This document shows positions 1 to 12,649 of a stretch of 64,000 nt of DNA, piece after piece. Under the pieces are notes generated by a model that did no database searches, was not told where the DNA came from, and saw nothing but the letters and a program-made list of their open reading frames with translations. The position numbers and the translations under genes were made by a program. This stretch comes from Eledone cirrhosa (Eukaryota), in contig OZ024746.1 of the NCBI GenBank assembly GCA_964016885.1, forward strand, positions 44,888,001-44,952,000, written 5' to 3'. Position 1 is the first letter of the stretch. Each line of letters opens with the position of its first letter.

Positions 1-405
1 ATATTCAGAAGATTATTTGGAATACTTGGTCGTCAATTAATTTTTTTACCTGAGTATATATATATAATTTGTCCTATACATTTTCACGTAGACGTAATAT
101 TTTAGTCAACCATTAAATGATTTAGTTTCTGGTAAGATCCCACATTGATTATACTTTCGTAAACAGTATACAGGTTACGGCATCCAATCACATTCTAAAC
201 CTCATTAATATCCTGTTTATTTATTATTATATCAAAGAAAAGATAATGATTCTGATCGTCCATAGCTATTTTGACTAATGGGATTCATTTTGGTTGATGC
301 ACAGCTTAAGCATCTATAGGTCATAGTTTTCCGTAGGGTAGGTCACTCGTGAAGGCAAACGTTCTGAGAATGGTTATTTTTTAAAGTAAGGCTTCTGAGA
401 CACAA

Positions 406-598
406 TAATTGTTTCTACTTTTGGCACAAGGCCAGCAATTATCCCAGTGTATTACTGGTACTTTATTTTATCGACCCCGTAATGATGAAAGGCAAAGTTA
501 ACCTCGGCGGGATTTGAACTCAGAATGGCAAGGGCCGTAACTCTATGCGTCAAAGCATGGCGTCCGACCCTCTGCCGATACTGCCAATCCACTACCCT
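406..598 (-). mobile_element. tRNA-derived SINE, near full length
   Basis: The minus strand reads TGGCAGTATCGG (A-box-like) and GAGTTCAAATCC (B-box), then a GCCTTTCATC..CGGGGTCGATAAAATAAAGTACCAG central domain and a CCTTGTGCC..AAGTAGAAAC tail. The same family recurs at 3421, 4910, 37982, 56083 and 60451. Confidence 0.85.
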
Positions 599-859
599 AT
601 AGTAAATAATATTTACTAAAAAATATGCGGGTGTGCCAGGTAGAATTTGGAGGAGGATGTTTCTTCTGTCTAAATAATTGTTCATATCATCTTCTCACAA
701 CACTTAAATCATTAACTAAACATTTTTGTTCAGGCCACAACTTACATTCCAGGCTGACCCAGAAAATTAGTGTCTGTGTTTGTGTAGAATACTCTTTGCA
801 GACTTCCAATTACTCTCTTCTAACTTTAAGGAAGCAGATACTAGAAATCATAAAATAGG

Positions 860-1175
860 ACAGAAACACATGTTGATGGATAAGTGATCAAACCAAATAT
901 AAAATAACAAAATATATTAAGCAGATTAGGTGAGCATAGCATGTGGTAGGCACAAATGATCACGGACGGATACAGTTTTGTAATGAATGGAAATCGAGGC
1001 GGACTGGTGTATGAAGTCAAAGAAGAAAGAGTATAAGGTAAATAAATGAGATCGATATATTTATGGGCAATATATGGATCAGGGTGATGAAGGACAGAAA
1101 CAGATGGTACTATCTTGGTAGAGACGTATTCCTTGCAGAGTGTAGTTAATTGCTAAGTATGGTGATGGTGATGAT
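860..1175 (+). mobile_element. Ancient, decayed 3' end of an RTE-like LINE
   Basis: Broken reading resembles an RTE C-terminus (..HV..; EW..R; W.R...DRNRW..LG) and ends in a (GAT/GGT)n tail. No intact ORF. Confidence 0.4.
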
Positions 1176-3420
1176 ATTAAAGTTATTAATATATGTATGT
1201 TTATGAACTGAAAATATGTATTTCAGCTGTAGAATGCCAGTCCGTAAAATTCCATTTTACGTTTCATGAAGAAAACTATTGGATAATACAAACACTTTTC
1301 AATACCCTAACGGATATACAATCAGGTTAGTAGACACAGCTATTTAACAATACAGAAACAAATTTAATTCATTTTATATAACAGGTCCTACCTAAATTAA
1401 AATCAATGAAATAAGAGATAGTCTATATAATCTACGTTCATCCTGGCTATACAAATTATGTGAATACCGTAAAAACAAACACTCACATGTAAGAACACAT
1501 CATATAGTAAGCTTATTTATAAACTAAAACTAAAATATATTACAGAAATACCATACTTAAAAAACCTCCTCATTAACGAGCCCAAAAGGTGCTGAACAAA
1601 CCTCTTATTTGGAAATGTATATGTATATATATAAGAAAATACAAAATATCGTTAACAAACAAATAACAGTAAAGTTCTAGATATGATTTAATCATGTTCT
1701 CTCTCAAACAAATTGTACCAATAGTTAAGAAAATTATCTCAAAAAATTGTGCTAATATTTGTTTGAGATGATTTTCTTAATTATGTAAAATATATAGACA
1801 GAAAATATATGAATTTCGACAAAGCTATTAGTTAATTGTGTACTGCATCTATACATTTTCCTGCAGATGTGTCAATAAAATCATGTACAACAGTAATAAT
1901 TACACCAATGTATAAAGTAATTTTCATGTCGGTGCCGAACAACACTGGGTGTAAAAGTTCAGTTACTTCTTTCAGGAGACCAAATTTCGGTAGAACAAGC
2001 GAACGTGAATCCCATACATTCATCAGCTGCGATAGCGGCTGATGACTGGAAGAGATTGCCTTAACCAATGTTCTTAAGTTTTCAGTCTACTCGATCATTT
2101 CATCTCACTTTCTACCTGATATAAGCAACAAATGATGTATAGCTTATTCTTCACATTAAACAAAGCTACATCCTGCTCCCCTTGTGAGCAATCATATTTG
2201 AAGAGATTGTTGGTGAAGACCAGAAGAAAAAGAGTTTTTGTCAGATTGAATGCTCGCAGTGGAATAATGTTCTTTCTGTATATATGTGCTCATGGTTATC
2301 TTTAAATTGATATGTATAGCTCGGCTAAATGCAAATTACATATATATTCCTTTAAAGACCTAGATGAATCACCATTATCACTGGATTCTACACTCTAATT
2401 GCATCAGAATAATAGTACCCAGATGAGACAGGTACTATGGAGGAATTATGGAGGTATTTGCATGTGTGTTTTAATATTATACTGTTCATGTCCGTAAGCC
2501 ATTTTCAATTGTTTTTTTCCTTATTGTAGATTTCGAGTATTTTTCTGGGTTGAATTAAGACGTACAGATACTAACGGCTTCTACATTTCATCGTTGCTCT
2601 TTTCCTGAATTGTAACTTCAAATTTAATTTATTTTCGATTAAATTCGCTTGTAACATCAATTAAATATTTTGCTGTCCTGTGAGTAGAAAACACATGGTA
2701 ATGTGTCAGAGCAGTGATTTAAATACATATGCAACCTTCCATATACTTACTTTGATCAATCATTTTATAGGTAAATGTTTTCCCCAAAATAACAAGTATG
2801 CGGCAGATAGACAGTTATTAAAGTAGCCAAGAGGACAATGTACTGTACATTAGTAAGAGAATTTGGCATCTGAAGGAAACTGAAGAAGTATATCTAGAGA
2901 GATAAACGAGTGATATTGTGATAAACAGAGTGTGATGGCAGATGGAAGTATTGCAAGAAAAATGGGTAAGTGGTTACATAAACATTATTAAAACGAAGTT
3001 TCTTACACGTAATCTATCAGATTATATGCATAAAAAGAATCAAATAAAGGCAGAATAGCAATGGTGATGATGTCGCAGTGATTAACGTTCAGCATATATT
3101 TACGCACAAATATAGTGAAACGACTCCGTGCGATCGTTCATTCACCCTAATATTTATAAAGTTATATTTTTGGATGAGTGTGATTAACAATGAGATTTTG
3201 CTGGATTTTAATGAACTGTACTTGAAGTATAATTGTAGCTGAAAACCATATTAAATTTCTACTTAAGTGTTGTATGCAGAAATATAGAATATAGGCACAT
3301 ATTCGTTCATTGGATTTGCAATTTTCATTCACATGATTACAGCCTTAAACTACAATGAATTACATCATAGGATACATATTTAGCACTGTTAAATATGAAT
3401 ACTGTGACTGTTACTTCAAA

Positions 3421-3512
3421 TAATTGTTTCTACTTTAGGCACAATGCCAGCAATTATCCAGTGCATTACTGGTACTTTATTTTATCGACCCCGTAAGGAT
3501 GAAAGGCAAAGT
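3421..3512 (-). mobile_element. SINE 3' half
   Basis: Matches the central domain and tail of the SINE at 406-598. Confidence 0.8.
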
Positions 3513-4721
3513 CTGTGAGTGTTTCAGTAGGATGCAAAGAATCAAACGGTAATTGTAAATACACGCATACACACACACTCACACACACACATACACACGC
3601 GCACCCCCACCCCACACACACACATACATACAAAACGAGCATGGGAAACTGTCATAGATACGAAACTGTCGAAGATACGAAAAGAAGAAGAATAGGGTAA
3701 GCTGATCAACGAAACTAATTTTGCAAATGTGTACCTCTTCTCGCTTTAGTTTATCCATATAGATAACTATCAAACATTGAATTACGGATTGTTTCATTTC
3801 AAAATATGAATAAACTCTAAATGGTATAATATATCATGTAATGTTGCCCACTTTAGACATTCAGGCTTCGTCAATGAAGTACCTTAAATATACATATAGG
3901 TGTAATTCATTAAAATACAATATTACATTATATTTTGTGATATAACATTTCTTATAATGTATAAAAATTGGCGAGTTGTGTCAAAATATCTGAAATAGGG
4001 TAGTTATGCAAAGTGCCTACAATTCTTCGAATCCCAATTGAGCAAATGAATTGCTTAAATGTAAAATATTTCATTTCCAACATAAGAAGTTTGATGAGAT
4101 TAAAGGAAACAAACTACTGGCGAACAACGAATGTGCTTCTTAAATTACATGGAAAATTGGCAAGTATAGCTTTTGGCTGTATACGTATTAAGATTTGTTT
4201 AAAATTATGGACATATGAATACATTTCAATAAATTCTATGAATAAATGAAAGAATCAGGGAATAAGGCAATGCCAGAAAGAAACCGAATTGTATTCAGAC
4301 GTAAGTGCAGGGTAATTTGTAATTTCTAATTACTTTAGGCAATATAGAGAAAAGAAAGTGCGACACTGAATAATGCAACAAATGTGGTTGACATACTATA
4401 TTTAGAATAGAGAGAGGAACGCCTGAGTGGAAGTACAATTGTGGAGACTATGAGTGATTTGGTGGAGTTAACATATCCCAGACAGTATCTTTAGGTTACA
4501 GAAATGTCGATCAGGCTTGGCCAAAGATTGTTCCTAATAGTGATATGTTCTATTTATTTACCACCAGGGTTCATTCATATAGAAACTTGAAAAGGTGGCA
4601 CAGAACATATAAGTATGAACATACATAGTCATATTTAAGATAAAAGAATATTTACACAATGAATTAAGAACTAACATTGATAACTAAACGCAAACAATTT
4701 AGGCAAAATAAGTATAAGCAT

Positions 4722-4723
4722 AT

Positions 4724-4807
<84 letters not shown>

Positions 4808-4862
4808 ATTTCTCTCTCTCTCTTTGCATATATATGTATATATATTTATATATATATATAAT
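4722..4862. repeat. (TA)n/(TG)n/(TC)n compound microsatellite
   Basis: Directly visible. Confidence 0.95.
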
Positions 4863-4909
4863 GTATACGATACAGTGAATTACTGGTGGTGGTATATAGA
4901 AACACAATG

Positions 4910-5127
4910 TCAGGCTTATGGATTGGAAGTATCGGTAGAACGTCGGACAACATGCTTTGAGATATCGAGTTAGGGCGCTTTACTTTCTGAGTACAAATGC
5001 CACCGAGGTTAGCTTTGCCTTTCATCCTTACTGGGTCGATAAAATAAGCCCCAGTAATGCACTGAGGTCGATTTAATCAACTGTCCCCACCCACAAAATT
5101 GCTGACCTTGTGCCTAAAGTAGAAATC
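4910..5127 (+). mobile_element. tRNA-derived SINE (diverged) whose tail runs into (ATT)n
   Basis: GGAAGTATCGGTAG head, GCCTTTCATCC..GGGTCGATAAAATAAG core and CCTTGTGCCTAAAGTAGAAATC tail, followed by (ATT)8. Confidence 0.85.
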
Positions 5128-5151
5128 ATTATTATTATTATTATTATTATT
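5128..5151. repeat. (ATT)n tract, left boundary of the retrotransposon array
   Basis: Directly visible. Confidence 0.95.
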
Positions 5152-7988
5152 GTTCTTTGAGTCTCAGTCATTGATGTTAGTTAACTGGAAAGTTTGTTGA
5201 AATGAATATCAAGCCACTACCTGCAGCCTCAGATATTCATGACGTATCGGAGAGTTCTTGCTGTTCCCAGCAAGCATGCCTTTTGAAGTGTTCCAAAAAG
5301 CGGGCGGGGCCAATTTTCTTTAACCATCCCTGGAAACTTTTTGAGATAGTACCTAGTGCGCCTATGACAATCGGGACCACTTTGACTTCATGGCAGTTCC
5401 AAATCATTTTTACCTCCCACTTTAAGTCCTGGTATCGGTTAATTTAATCCCTCTCCTTCTCTTGCACTCTCGTGTCGAATGGGCAGGCCACATCCACAAT
5501 CAGGTACGATCTTTTTTCCTTGTCCAAAACCACCAGGTCAGGTATATTGTGTTCCAGTTTCTTGTCCGTCTGTATCCTAAAATCCTATATCACCTTCACC
5601 TGATCGTTTTCTATCACCGACTCTGGCTTATGCTCATACCACTTCTCAGAATGTGGTAAATTGTTTACTTTGTATATGTGCCAGTGGATCACCCTGCCCA
5701 TCACATCATGTCTCCAGCCTTTATAGTGACTCTGGGCTAGGTGCTTACACTCGGATACAATGTGAGCCACAGTCTCCTCTCTCTCTCCACAGATCCTGCA
5801 CAGTGGGCTAGCCTTCTCCTTGTAAATATGGTGTTTCAGCCACTTCGTTTAAGGGCCTGCTCTTGCGCAGTCATTAGCATTCCTTCTGTAGCCTCTTTAA
5901 GGTCTCCTCTTCTCAACCAGTTCCATGTCTGTGGATCTCTGAATTCCGTTTTCTCAAAGAAGGTACTATGAAGGGATTTTCATGAAGGTTGGTCTTTCTC
6001 CTCGTTGTTATTTCCTCCTTGGACATCCCCTGGTCTATTGTCTTCTCCTTCAGTACAATTCTGAGCATTGGCACCTTACTATCGGTCACGTATTTGTGTA
6101 GGTTGTTTTTCTCCATCTGAACACAGTCCTCTATGCTGATAAGACCTCTTCCACCTTCAGATCTCCTAAGTAGAGTCTATCGACATCACTCCTCTTGTGG
6201 AACATGTTGTACATAGTCAATAGCTTCCTAGTCTTCCTATCCATTTCTTTTTGTTCAGCAACATTCCATCTCAGGATTCCCGCACTGTACCTAATAATAG
6301 ACACATCTCGGGAATTTACTGCACTTATGGCATTCCTACTGTTAAGATGTGACTTTAATACGCTCCTTATTCTCCAAATGTATTCAGATCTTATCAATTC
6401 CTTCATTTTTTCGTTCTTGATGTCATCAGCCTCCAGAATACCCAAATACTTGTATCCTTCTTCAGTGTCAATTTCCTTTATCATCTCACCTGTTAGTACC
6501 TGGATTCCGTTACTTCTGCTCGATTTACCCCTCTTCATCACAAGGACTCCACACTTACTAATACCAAATTGCATAATATATCATTGCTGAAAATACGGAC
6601 AGTGTCAACAACCACATCCAACTCCTTTTCACTCTTCCCGAAGAGCTTAAGATCGTCCATGAAGAGGAGGTGATTGATAGTAACTCTCCCTTTCCCAACT
6701 TGTATCCTGCTCTCACTTTTCGCAGTATAATGGTCAGGGCATCAGGGCGAGGACAAACAACAGAGGGGACAGACTATCTCCCTGGAAGATACCTCTCTTG
6801 ATCGTCACGCCTCCCAAGGATTCTCCAGCTGATGTTAACTCTTTTCCAGGACTTCATACTTTTGCCGAACAACTGTCTGATGTTATCTGCCACCTTGAAG
6901 ATCTCTAGGCTTTTGGTGATCCAAGAATGAGGCACCATGTCAAATGCCTTTTTGTAGTCTATCCATCCCATGGCAAGACCAGTGTTTCTCGTCTTGCAAT
7001 TATTCATTACCATCTTATCAATAAGTAACTGGTCCTTTGTACCACGGGACTTCTTTCGGCATACTTTCTGTTCGTCCGGTAACAAGTTGTTTGTGTGGAG
7101 GTGATGGTAGATTTCCTCAGACATAATGCTTGTCAACAGTTTCCACATTACGGACAGACATGTGATAGGTCTATAGTTGGTAACATCATTACCCTTGATT
7201 CGGTCTTTCATTACCAGAACTGTGGTACCTTTTGTCAACCACTCTTGTACATCACCTGACATCAAGCAGTCATTGAACATGGTTGTCAGTTTCGGGTGGA
7301 GGGATGTTATATTTTTAATCCAAAACCCCTGCACACCATCTGGGCCTGGTGATTTGCAGTTGGTTAGTTTTTTGGCCTGCCCCTTAAGAGTTTCAACTGT
7401 GATACTCAAATCAGTCTGTTGGTGTGCCTGTTCACTAATCTCCTTTTGTACTGTCTCAATCCACACTGCCTGGTCATTATGTTTAACATCCTGCTCCCAT
7501 ATTCCTCTCCAGAATGTCTTAGTTTGCTCCGCCTCAGGGATCAAGTCCTTGCCTCTTTCTTTCCCTTCAAGCTGTCCAAACAGCATCTTCTGGTTGTTGT
7601 CAAACATGCGGTTCTGTCTATACTCCTGACTCTGCTCTCGTATCGCCTAATCTTTGCACTCTTTGCTACAATGCGTTGCTTCAGTTCCTCTATGATAATA
7701 TTTAGCTTTTGCCTCCTAGTTGTGTACTTTATTTCCAGTCTATTTTTAGTGTCTATCTATTTTAGTGTCCCATTCAGTAGGGACTCAAGCTTTCCAATGT
7801 CATTTCTCATTTCCCTGATTTGACCATTCAGTCGTTTCTTCCACCAAGGTTCTGATCTTTCTTGTTTGTTGTTTCCTCTCGCTTTTATGCCAAGTAATTT
7901 CCTAACCGCATTTGCTGTTGTTTTGAGGATATTGTTGCTCTGGTGAAGGCTCCTCGCCTCAAGGTATGGGATGACTTTGTTTACCTTA
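5152..7988 (-). mobile_element. R4/Dong-like RLE non-LTR retrotransposon, family A, 5'-truncated and frameshifted
   Basis: Minus-strand fragments carry RT motifs (KSPGPDG, NYRPITCL, WIDYKKAFD, LLFMDDLKL, YKYLG) and an RLE end (HIVSEC..RHD, VPIVIGALG, KACLLGTARTLRYVM*). The 3' end abuts (ATT)n. Confidence 0.88.
5230..7988 (-). pseudogene. RT-RLE polyprotein, disrupted (pieces 6774-7607, 6131-6574, 5913-6116, 5585-5770)
   Basis: Collinear RT-thumb-zinc-knuckle-RLE fragments in shifting frames. Confidence 0.85.
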
Positions 7989-8349
7989 GAAAGTCAGGGT
8001 AGAGAGGGAAGTGATCTCTTCCCAGCATTTTGTTGAAAGATGGGTGAGAGAAGCAAGTATGGCCCGAGTGAATGGGCCTACTCTGAGTATGTGTCTGTAA
8101 ATTAAAGGTGGAAAACTGGGAGAGGGCACTTGCCCTGGTGGTCAGGGTCACTGTGGCCTTTTAATGGGCTTTCTCCACAAATGTCCCTCGGAAGTTACCC
8201 CCCTATTGGGGAATTTTTCATTGTTATTTTTTTTATTACATCCTCTGTTTTTTTTTACACGCAGAAATGACAATTTGTACCGTCCTGTATTGTCCTGTAC
8301 TCTCCTTAATGTCTACTTTATGTAAACCCTTGTGGTTAATAAAGAAAGA
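7989..8349 (+). mobile_element. Tx1-clade LINE, 3'-terminal fragment
   Basis: Matches the last ~110 nt of ORF2 plus the 3'UTR of the full copies (e.g. 34761-35112). Ends AATAAAGAAAGA-(ATT)n. Confidence 0.92.
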
Positions 8350-8369
8350 ATTATTATTATTATTATTAT

Positions 8370-10282
8370 AGTTGCATTTATCTTGCTTTATGTTCATACG
8401 AGTTATCACCAAGTCACAACCAGTGACCTCAAGAGACAACAAGGTCCGCCATGTTCAAGAAAGAACATACATATTCACACATGCATCCTTAGTGTTTAGA
8501 CTTGTGATGTACTTATATTGACAGCATCTTCCTTAGTATATGGGCAGTTCCCATTAGTACTATCTTTTTTATTTCTCCTATACGCGGGTTTCCTGGGATT
8601 TGCGATATGTAATCATTAGACCCCTTAGGTATCATTCCCAGAGCGCCTACAACCACTGGCATTGTTTTAGTTCTCAATTTCCACATTTTTCCAATTTCTA
8701 TCTCCAGGTCCTTATACTTGCTCAATTTTTCAAATGTTTTTATAGATACATTCTTGTCTATTGGAACAGACATATCAATTACCAGGCATACCCTCTTTTG
8801 AAAGTCCTTCAATATTATATCAGGTCTATTTGCATCTATTTTTCGGTCTGTTTGGATGCTAAAGTTCCACAAGATTGAGATGTGATCTTTTTCAAGTATG
8901 GGAGGTGGTTGATGCTCCCACCAATTCTTTTGATGGGGCAGGTCAAAATGTTTACACATTATCCAATGTATGTATTGTGCAGCTCTGTCATGCCTGTTTA
9001 GGTATTCGGTTGGAGCTATAGGACTGCACATTGAAATTATATGGTCAATGGTCTCTGGTTGTTTTTTGCATACACGGCATAATGGGCTGCACCTATTTTT
9101 TATTATGTTGGCTTGGTAATTTTTTGTTGGCAGACACTGATCTTGTGCTGATATAATCAGTCCTTCAGTCTCCGATTTCAGTCCAGAGGATGCCAACCAC
9201 TGATGGGTTAAAGTTTTGTCAATATCAGGATTGTTAGCTCGCTCTGGGTATTTTCCATACAGAGGCTTTTCTTGCCATTTCTTAGCCAGTTTCTGTAGCA
9301 GTTCTTTCTTTCCAGTTACTTTTACCTGCTTTGCTTTTTCTGTGTTTTCCATTTCAGCAGTAAATGGGACTTCTGAAATTTGTAGTCCATTACTGTATCT
9401 TTGTGCATCTTTTGTAATGGAATATGATCTTTTGATGTTTTCGTGTTTCAAAAGAGTTTGACCATCCAATCAGGTGATTCCCTTAGATATGTAGATAATC
9501 CAATTGTTGCAGTTTTCAACGCAATGTCTAACTGGATTAACCCACGTCCTCTTTCTTTCCTAGGGAGATATATTCTATCTGTATCTTCCTTAGGGTGATG
9601 CATTCTGTACATGGTTAAGAATTTTCGAATTTTGTTATCGAGCCTACGGATCTCTGTGCTTGACCAGTTGATGACATTGTAACTGTAGGTTACTACTGGT
9701 ATGGCAAGCGTGTTTATGGCATCGATCCTATTCCTTGCATTCAATTCCGTTCTTAAGATTGCTCTTACTCTGCGGTAACATTCTTTCCTTATCCTTTCCC
9801 TCATTGTCGAGTGCTTGATTCCGTCTCCTTCACAAATACCTAGATATTTGTAAGATTTTTCTTGATCAAGTTCTCTTATCACGTTACCCCGATCAAGATT
9901 AATGTCTGAACTCTTCAGCAGCTTTCCTCTGGTGAACGTTGCTTTGGCGCATTTATCTAGTCCAAACTCCATCTTAATGTCATCACTGAACTGCTCCACA
10001 GTGGATAATAGCCCTTGCAATTGTTCATCACTTTTTGCAAATAGTTTCAGGTCATCCATGTAGAACAGGTGATTAATGGTTTTGTCATAGACTTTATATC
10101 CATGTTTTGTTTCATTGAGCATTTTACTTAATGGTATAAGTGCGATGCAGAATAAAAGCGGTGATAAAGAGTCACCCTGAAAAATTCCACAATTAATATT
10201 AACTTCTCCAGCTTCCAGTGATTTTGTTTCACTATTCAAAAGGAGTGTCGTTTTCCATGTCTTCATACTGAATGACAAAATC
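8370..10282 (-). mobile_element. R4/Dong-like RLE element, family B, 5'-truncated, flanked by (ATT)n on both sides
   Basis: RT motifs (GIFQGDSLSPLLF, LFYMDDLKL, YKYLG) and RLE motifs (CRVC..ETIDHIISMC, RHD, RPDIILKD..IDMSVP, LMGTAHILRKML). (ATT)n at 8350-8369 and 10283-10302. Confidence 0.92.
8513..10282 (-). pseudogene. RT-RLE polyprotein C-terminal part, one frameshift near 9455
   Basis: ORFs 9448-10311 and 8513-9469 overlap in different frames at ..SPDWMVKL/..LLKHE. Confidence 0.88.
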
Positions 10283-10517
10283 TTATTATTATTATTATTA
10301 TTGAATGCCATGGTTGACGGAGGCTCGGCTCTGTAAGGTATAGTAATTTTTAACCGTTAAAACAATTGTAAATTGTTTAAAACTTGAACCAAATTGTTGA
10401 TAAAGACACCCTCCTCCTCGTGAGAGGGGTCTTTCTGTCCGTTATTTGGCCTTCGGGGTTAAATAACCAGTTATTGGGGTTTTGTACCCAAAATTTCATT
10501 TTAAACAAAAAAACAAC

Positions 10518-12614
10518 ATGGCTACGAAAAAGAAATTTCATACGTCACTCCCACTCATTCCGTCTTCTTCTTCCTCAATCATCACTACAGCAGAGAGAAG
10601 ATTGTCTCTCTCCCTCCCTTCTTTAAATGTGTCTCTCTCCCTCCCTTCTCTTTCGCAAGCGACGAAAGAAAAGAAAAGTCTCGTGCAAAGCGTGCAAGGT
10701 TTCTCCACGACGACGACGACAGCGACGAAACAGGTGTGCGGGAAATACGAAAACCCAGTTCATTCGTCTGACGTCAGGAATAATAGCAGTAGCAGCCGTA
10801 ATAACAACAGCAACAGTGACAATGAAAACAACAGTAGCAGCCGCAACAGCATCACCAGCAGCATAAACAACAACAGCATTAGCAGCAGCAACACCAACAA
10901 CAACCACAGCAACAGCGGCGGAGGCAGTAGTCGTAGCACCTGCAGCAACAACAAAAGTACCAGCAGCTCTGACGACAACAACAACAGCAGAGAAAAACCA
11001 ATCTCATTTGCAGGTATTGCGAAAAACTTGGAAACAATCCTCATAACAAATGAGGAATTAGAGGAAGCGAAGAAGATGGTGACAAAGAACGGACACCGAG
11101 CAATCTGCAAGGCAGCGGAAAAATTTTTCGAAACCCAAGAGCAATGTACGGTCACGTACCGTACAGTAAGTACAAAATCCCGTAGGGTGGAAAGAGCCAC
11201 AGAGGCCCAAATACAAAAAGCCTTGGGGTCTGTGTGGCAGCGGAAAACGCACATCACCCGAGGCAAAAAATATGCCACCGTAGACGTACTTTTTGCCACA
11301 CCCCAGGAGGCAAAGGCCCAATCAGTAGTGACCCTAAGGAGCGAGGAAATGGTGTTGGTGCCCTCCTACTGTGGGCAAAAAATTGTGAGGGTCAAACTGA
11401 CCCACGTCCCCCCCGGAATGACCCCTTCTTGGCTGGCCGCGTCTGTCCTCGTCGGAATCGAGGACAAAACAACTGTACTGCAAGTACAGAAAAAAGTAAG
11501 AGAAGATTGGGTCGGCTCCTCCATTGAGATGCTAATCCAAACCAACCAGGAGTGCATCGAAGCTATCCCGGATGTGATAGACTTCGATAACGGCACTCAA
11601 CTGCCCATAAGTGTTGAGGGCAAACGCCCGAAATGCTTTCGCTGTGGATCGAAGACTCACCTCAGGGCCTTCTGCAACGAGAAGACCCTGAGAAAGGAGA
11701 AAACCCCCCTCCTTCCGAATCCGGCTCCACGGCTACCAGCAACAGGACAAGCGGCAACCAGGAACGATAGGCCCGTGGCACCCATACCCACTCCACGGAA
11801 ATCAAAAACAGCAGCAGCAGTGGAAATACTAACAACAACAACAGCAATACCAAATGCAGCTGCAACAGAGACTCCAGTGCAAACATCACCAACAACAACA
11901 AGTGAAAGAGTGGAGTTGGTACCCCTCCCCGACCTCACAGAATCAGACATGGAGTGTGAGGTGGGAGAGAGATGGCAAAAGGTCGTAAGAAGGCACAAAC
12001 GCAGAAGCAGCGCATCGTCGCCTTTGAAAAGGGAGGAAAGAAATGAGAAAAGGGTAAAGTCTACTGCAAAGAGACCCACAGCAGCAACACCACCAACACC
12101 ATCACCACCCACACCGGCACCACCATCAACACCGGCGACAACCCCACCGCCAACAACACCTTCAACACCACCACCACAAGCACCAACATCGCAAACACAA
12201 CAACAAAACACACACACCCAGCAACAACGACAAGAAAATAGCAGAACCACACCCCACCCCCAGAAAAACAAATGCACGGCAATAAACACACACAACAAGA
12301 AACTAATGACTTACATAATTGAACACACAGACATTTCACAACAGGACTACATAATACCAGCACCAATCAAAACGCCAACTAACATAAGACTGCTAAAAAT
12401 AGCACAGAAACAATACACAAACATTAAAACGAAATTCCCCAACGCAGTTGGTGATTTCAGGGACCTAGGAGGAACCATCAATCGAAGAGTATATTCAGAC
12501 ATTCTCTTAGAAGAGCCGACGACCAGCCGAAGGGACGATTCAACGGTCCCTTCACCAGACGATCAAGTGAAAAGGGATGTAAAAACCATCCCTCCTCTAC
12601 CAAAAGTACGGTAA
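10518..12614 (+). CDS. Tx1 ORF1p type A (698 aa; CX2CX4HX4C zinc knuckle, low-complexity N/S- and T/P-rich segments)
   Basis: ATG at 10518 matches the copy 2 start. Contains CFRCGSKTHLRAFC. Confidence 0.88.
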   Translation: MATKKKFHTSLPLIPSSSSSIITTAERRLSLSLPSLNVSLSLPSLSQATKEKKSLVQSVQGFSTTTTTATKQVCGKYENPVHSSDVRNNSSSSRNNNSNSDNENNSSSRNSITSSINNNSISSSNTNNNHSNSGGGSSRSTCSNNKSTSSSDDNNNSREKPISFAGIAKNLETILITNEELEEAKKMVTKNGHRAICKAAEKFFETQEQCTVTYRTVSTKSRRVERATEAQIQKALGSVWQRKTHITRGKKYATVDVLFATPQEAKAQSVVTLRSEEMVLVPSYCGQKIVRVKLTHVPPGMTPSWLAASVLVGIEDKTTVLQVQKKVREDWVGSSIEMLIQTNQECIEAIPDVIDFDNGTQLPISVEGKRPKCFRCGSKTHLRAFCNEKTLRKEKTPLLPNPAPRLPATGQAATRNDRPVAPIPTPRKSKTAAAVEILTTTTAIPNAAATETPVQTSPTTTSERVELVPLPDLTESDMECEVGERWQKVVRRHKRRSSASSPLKREERNEKRVKSTAKRPTAATPPTPSPPTPAPPSTPATTPPPTTPSTPPPQAPTSQTQQQNTHTQQQRQENSRTTPHPQKNKCTAINTHNKKLMTYIIEHTDISQQDYIIPAPIKTPTNIRLLKIAQKQYTNIKTKFPNAVGDFRDLGGTINRRVYSDILLEEPTTSRRDDSTVPSPDDQVKRDVKTIPPLPKVR

Positions 12615-12649
12615 GTGGTCTTTCCCATCTTTTCCACTCTATTTTAAAC

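Noticed and set aside
1832-2300. Short ORFs and a coding-looking stretch
   Set aside because: No recognisable motif or consistent splice structure, so a host exon cannot be supported.
4671-4973. ORFs rich in YI/IY, CV, FY, LL or II repeats (also 35700-36037, 38911, 40597, 42171, 49220, 53174, 55324, 60331)
   Set aside because: They are translations of stop-free microsatellites, not genes.
10330-10600. Possible second intron in the type A 5'UTR (AG|GTATAG to ..CTACAG)
   Set aside because: Weak donor, and not evident in types B or C.
11657-12366. Antisense ORFs over Tx1 ORF1/ORF2, repeated in each copy
   Set aside because: Shadow frames of low-complexity or GC-rich sense ORFs. Their recurrence only reflects copy identity.
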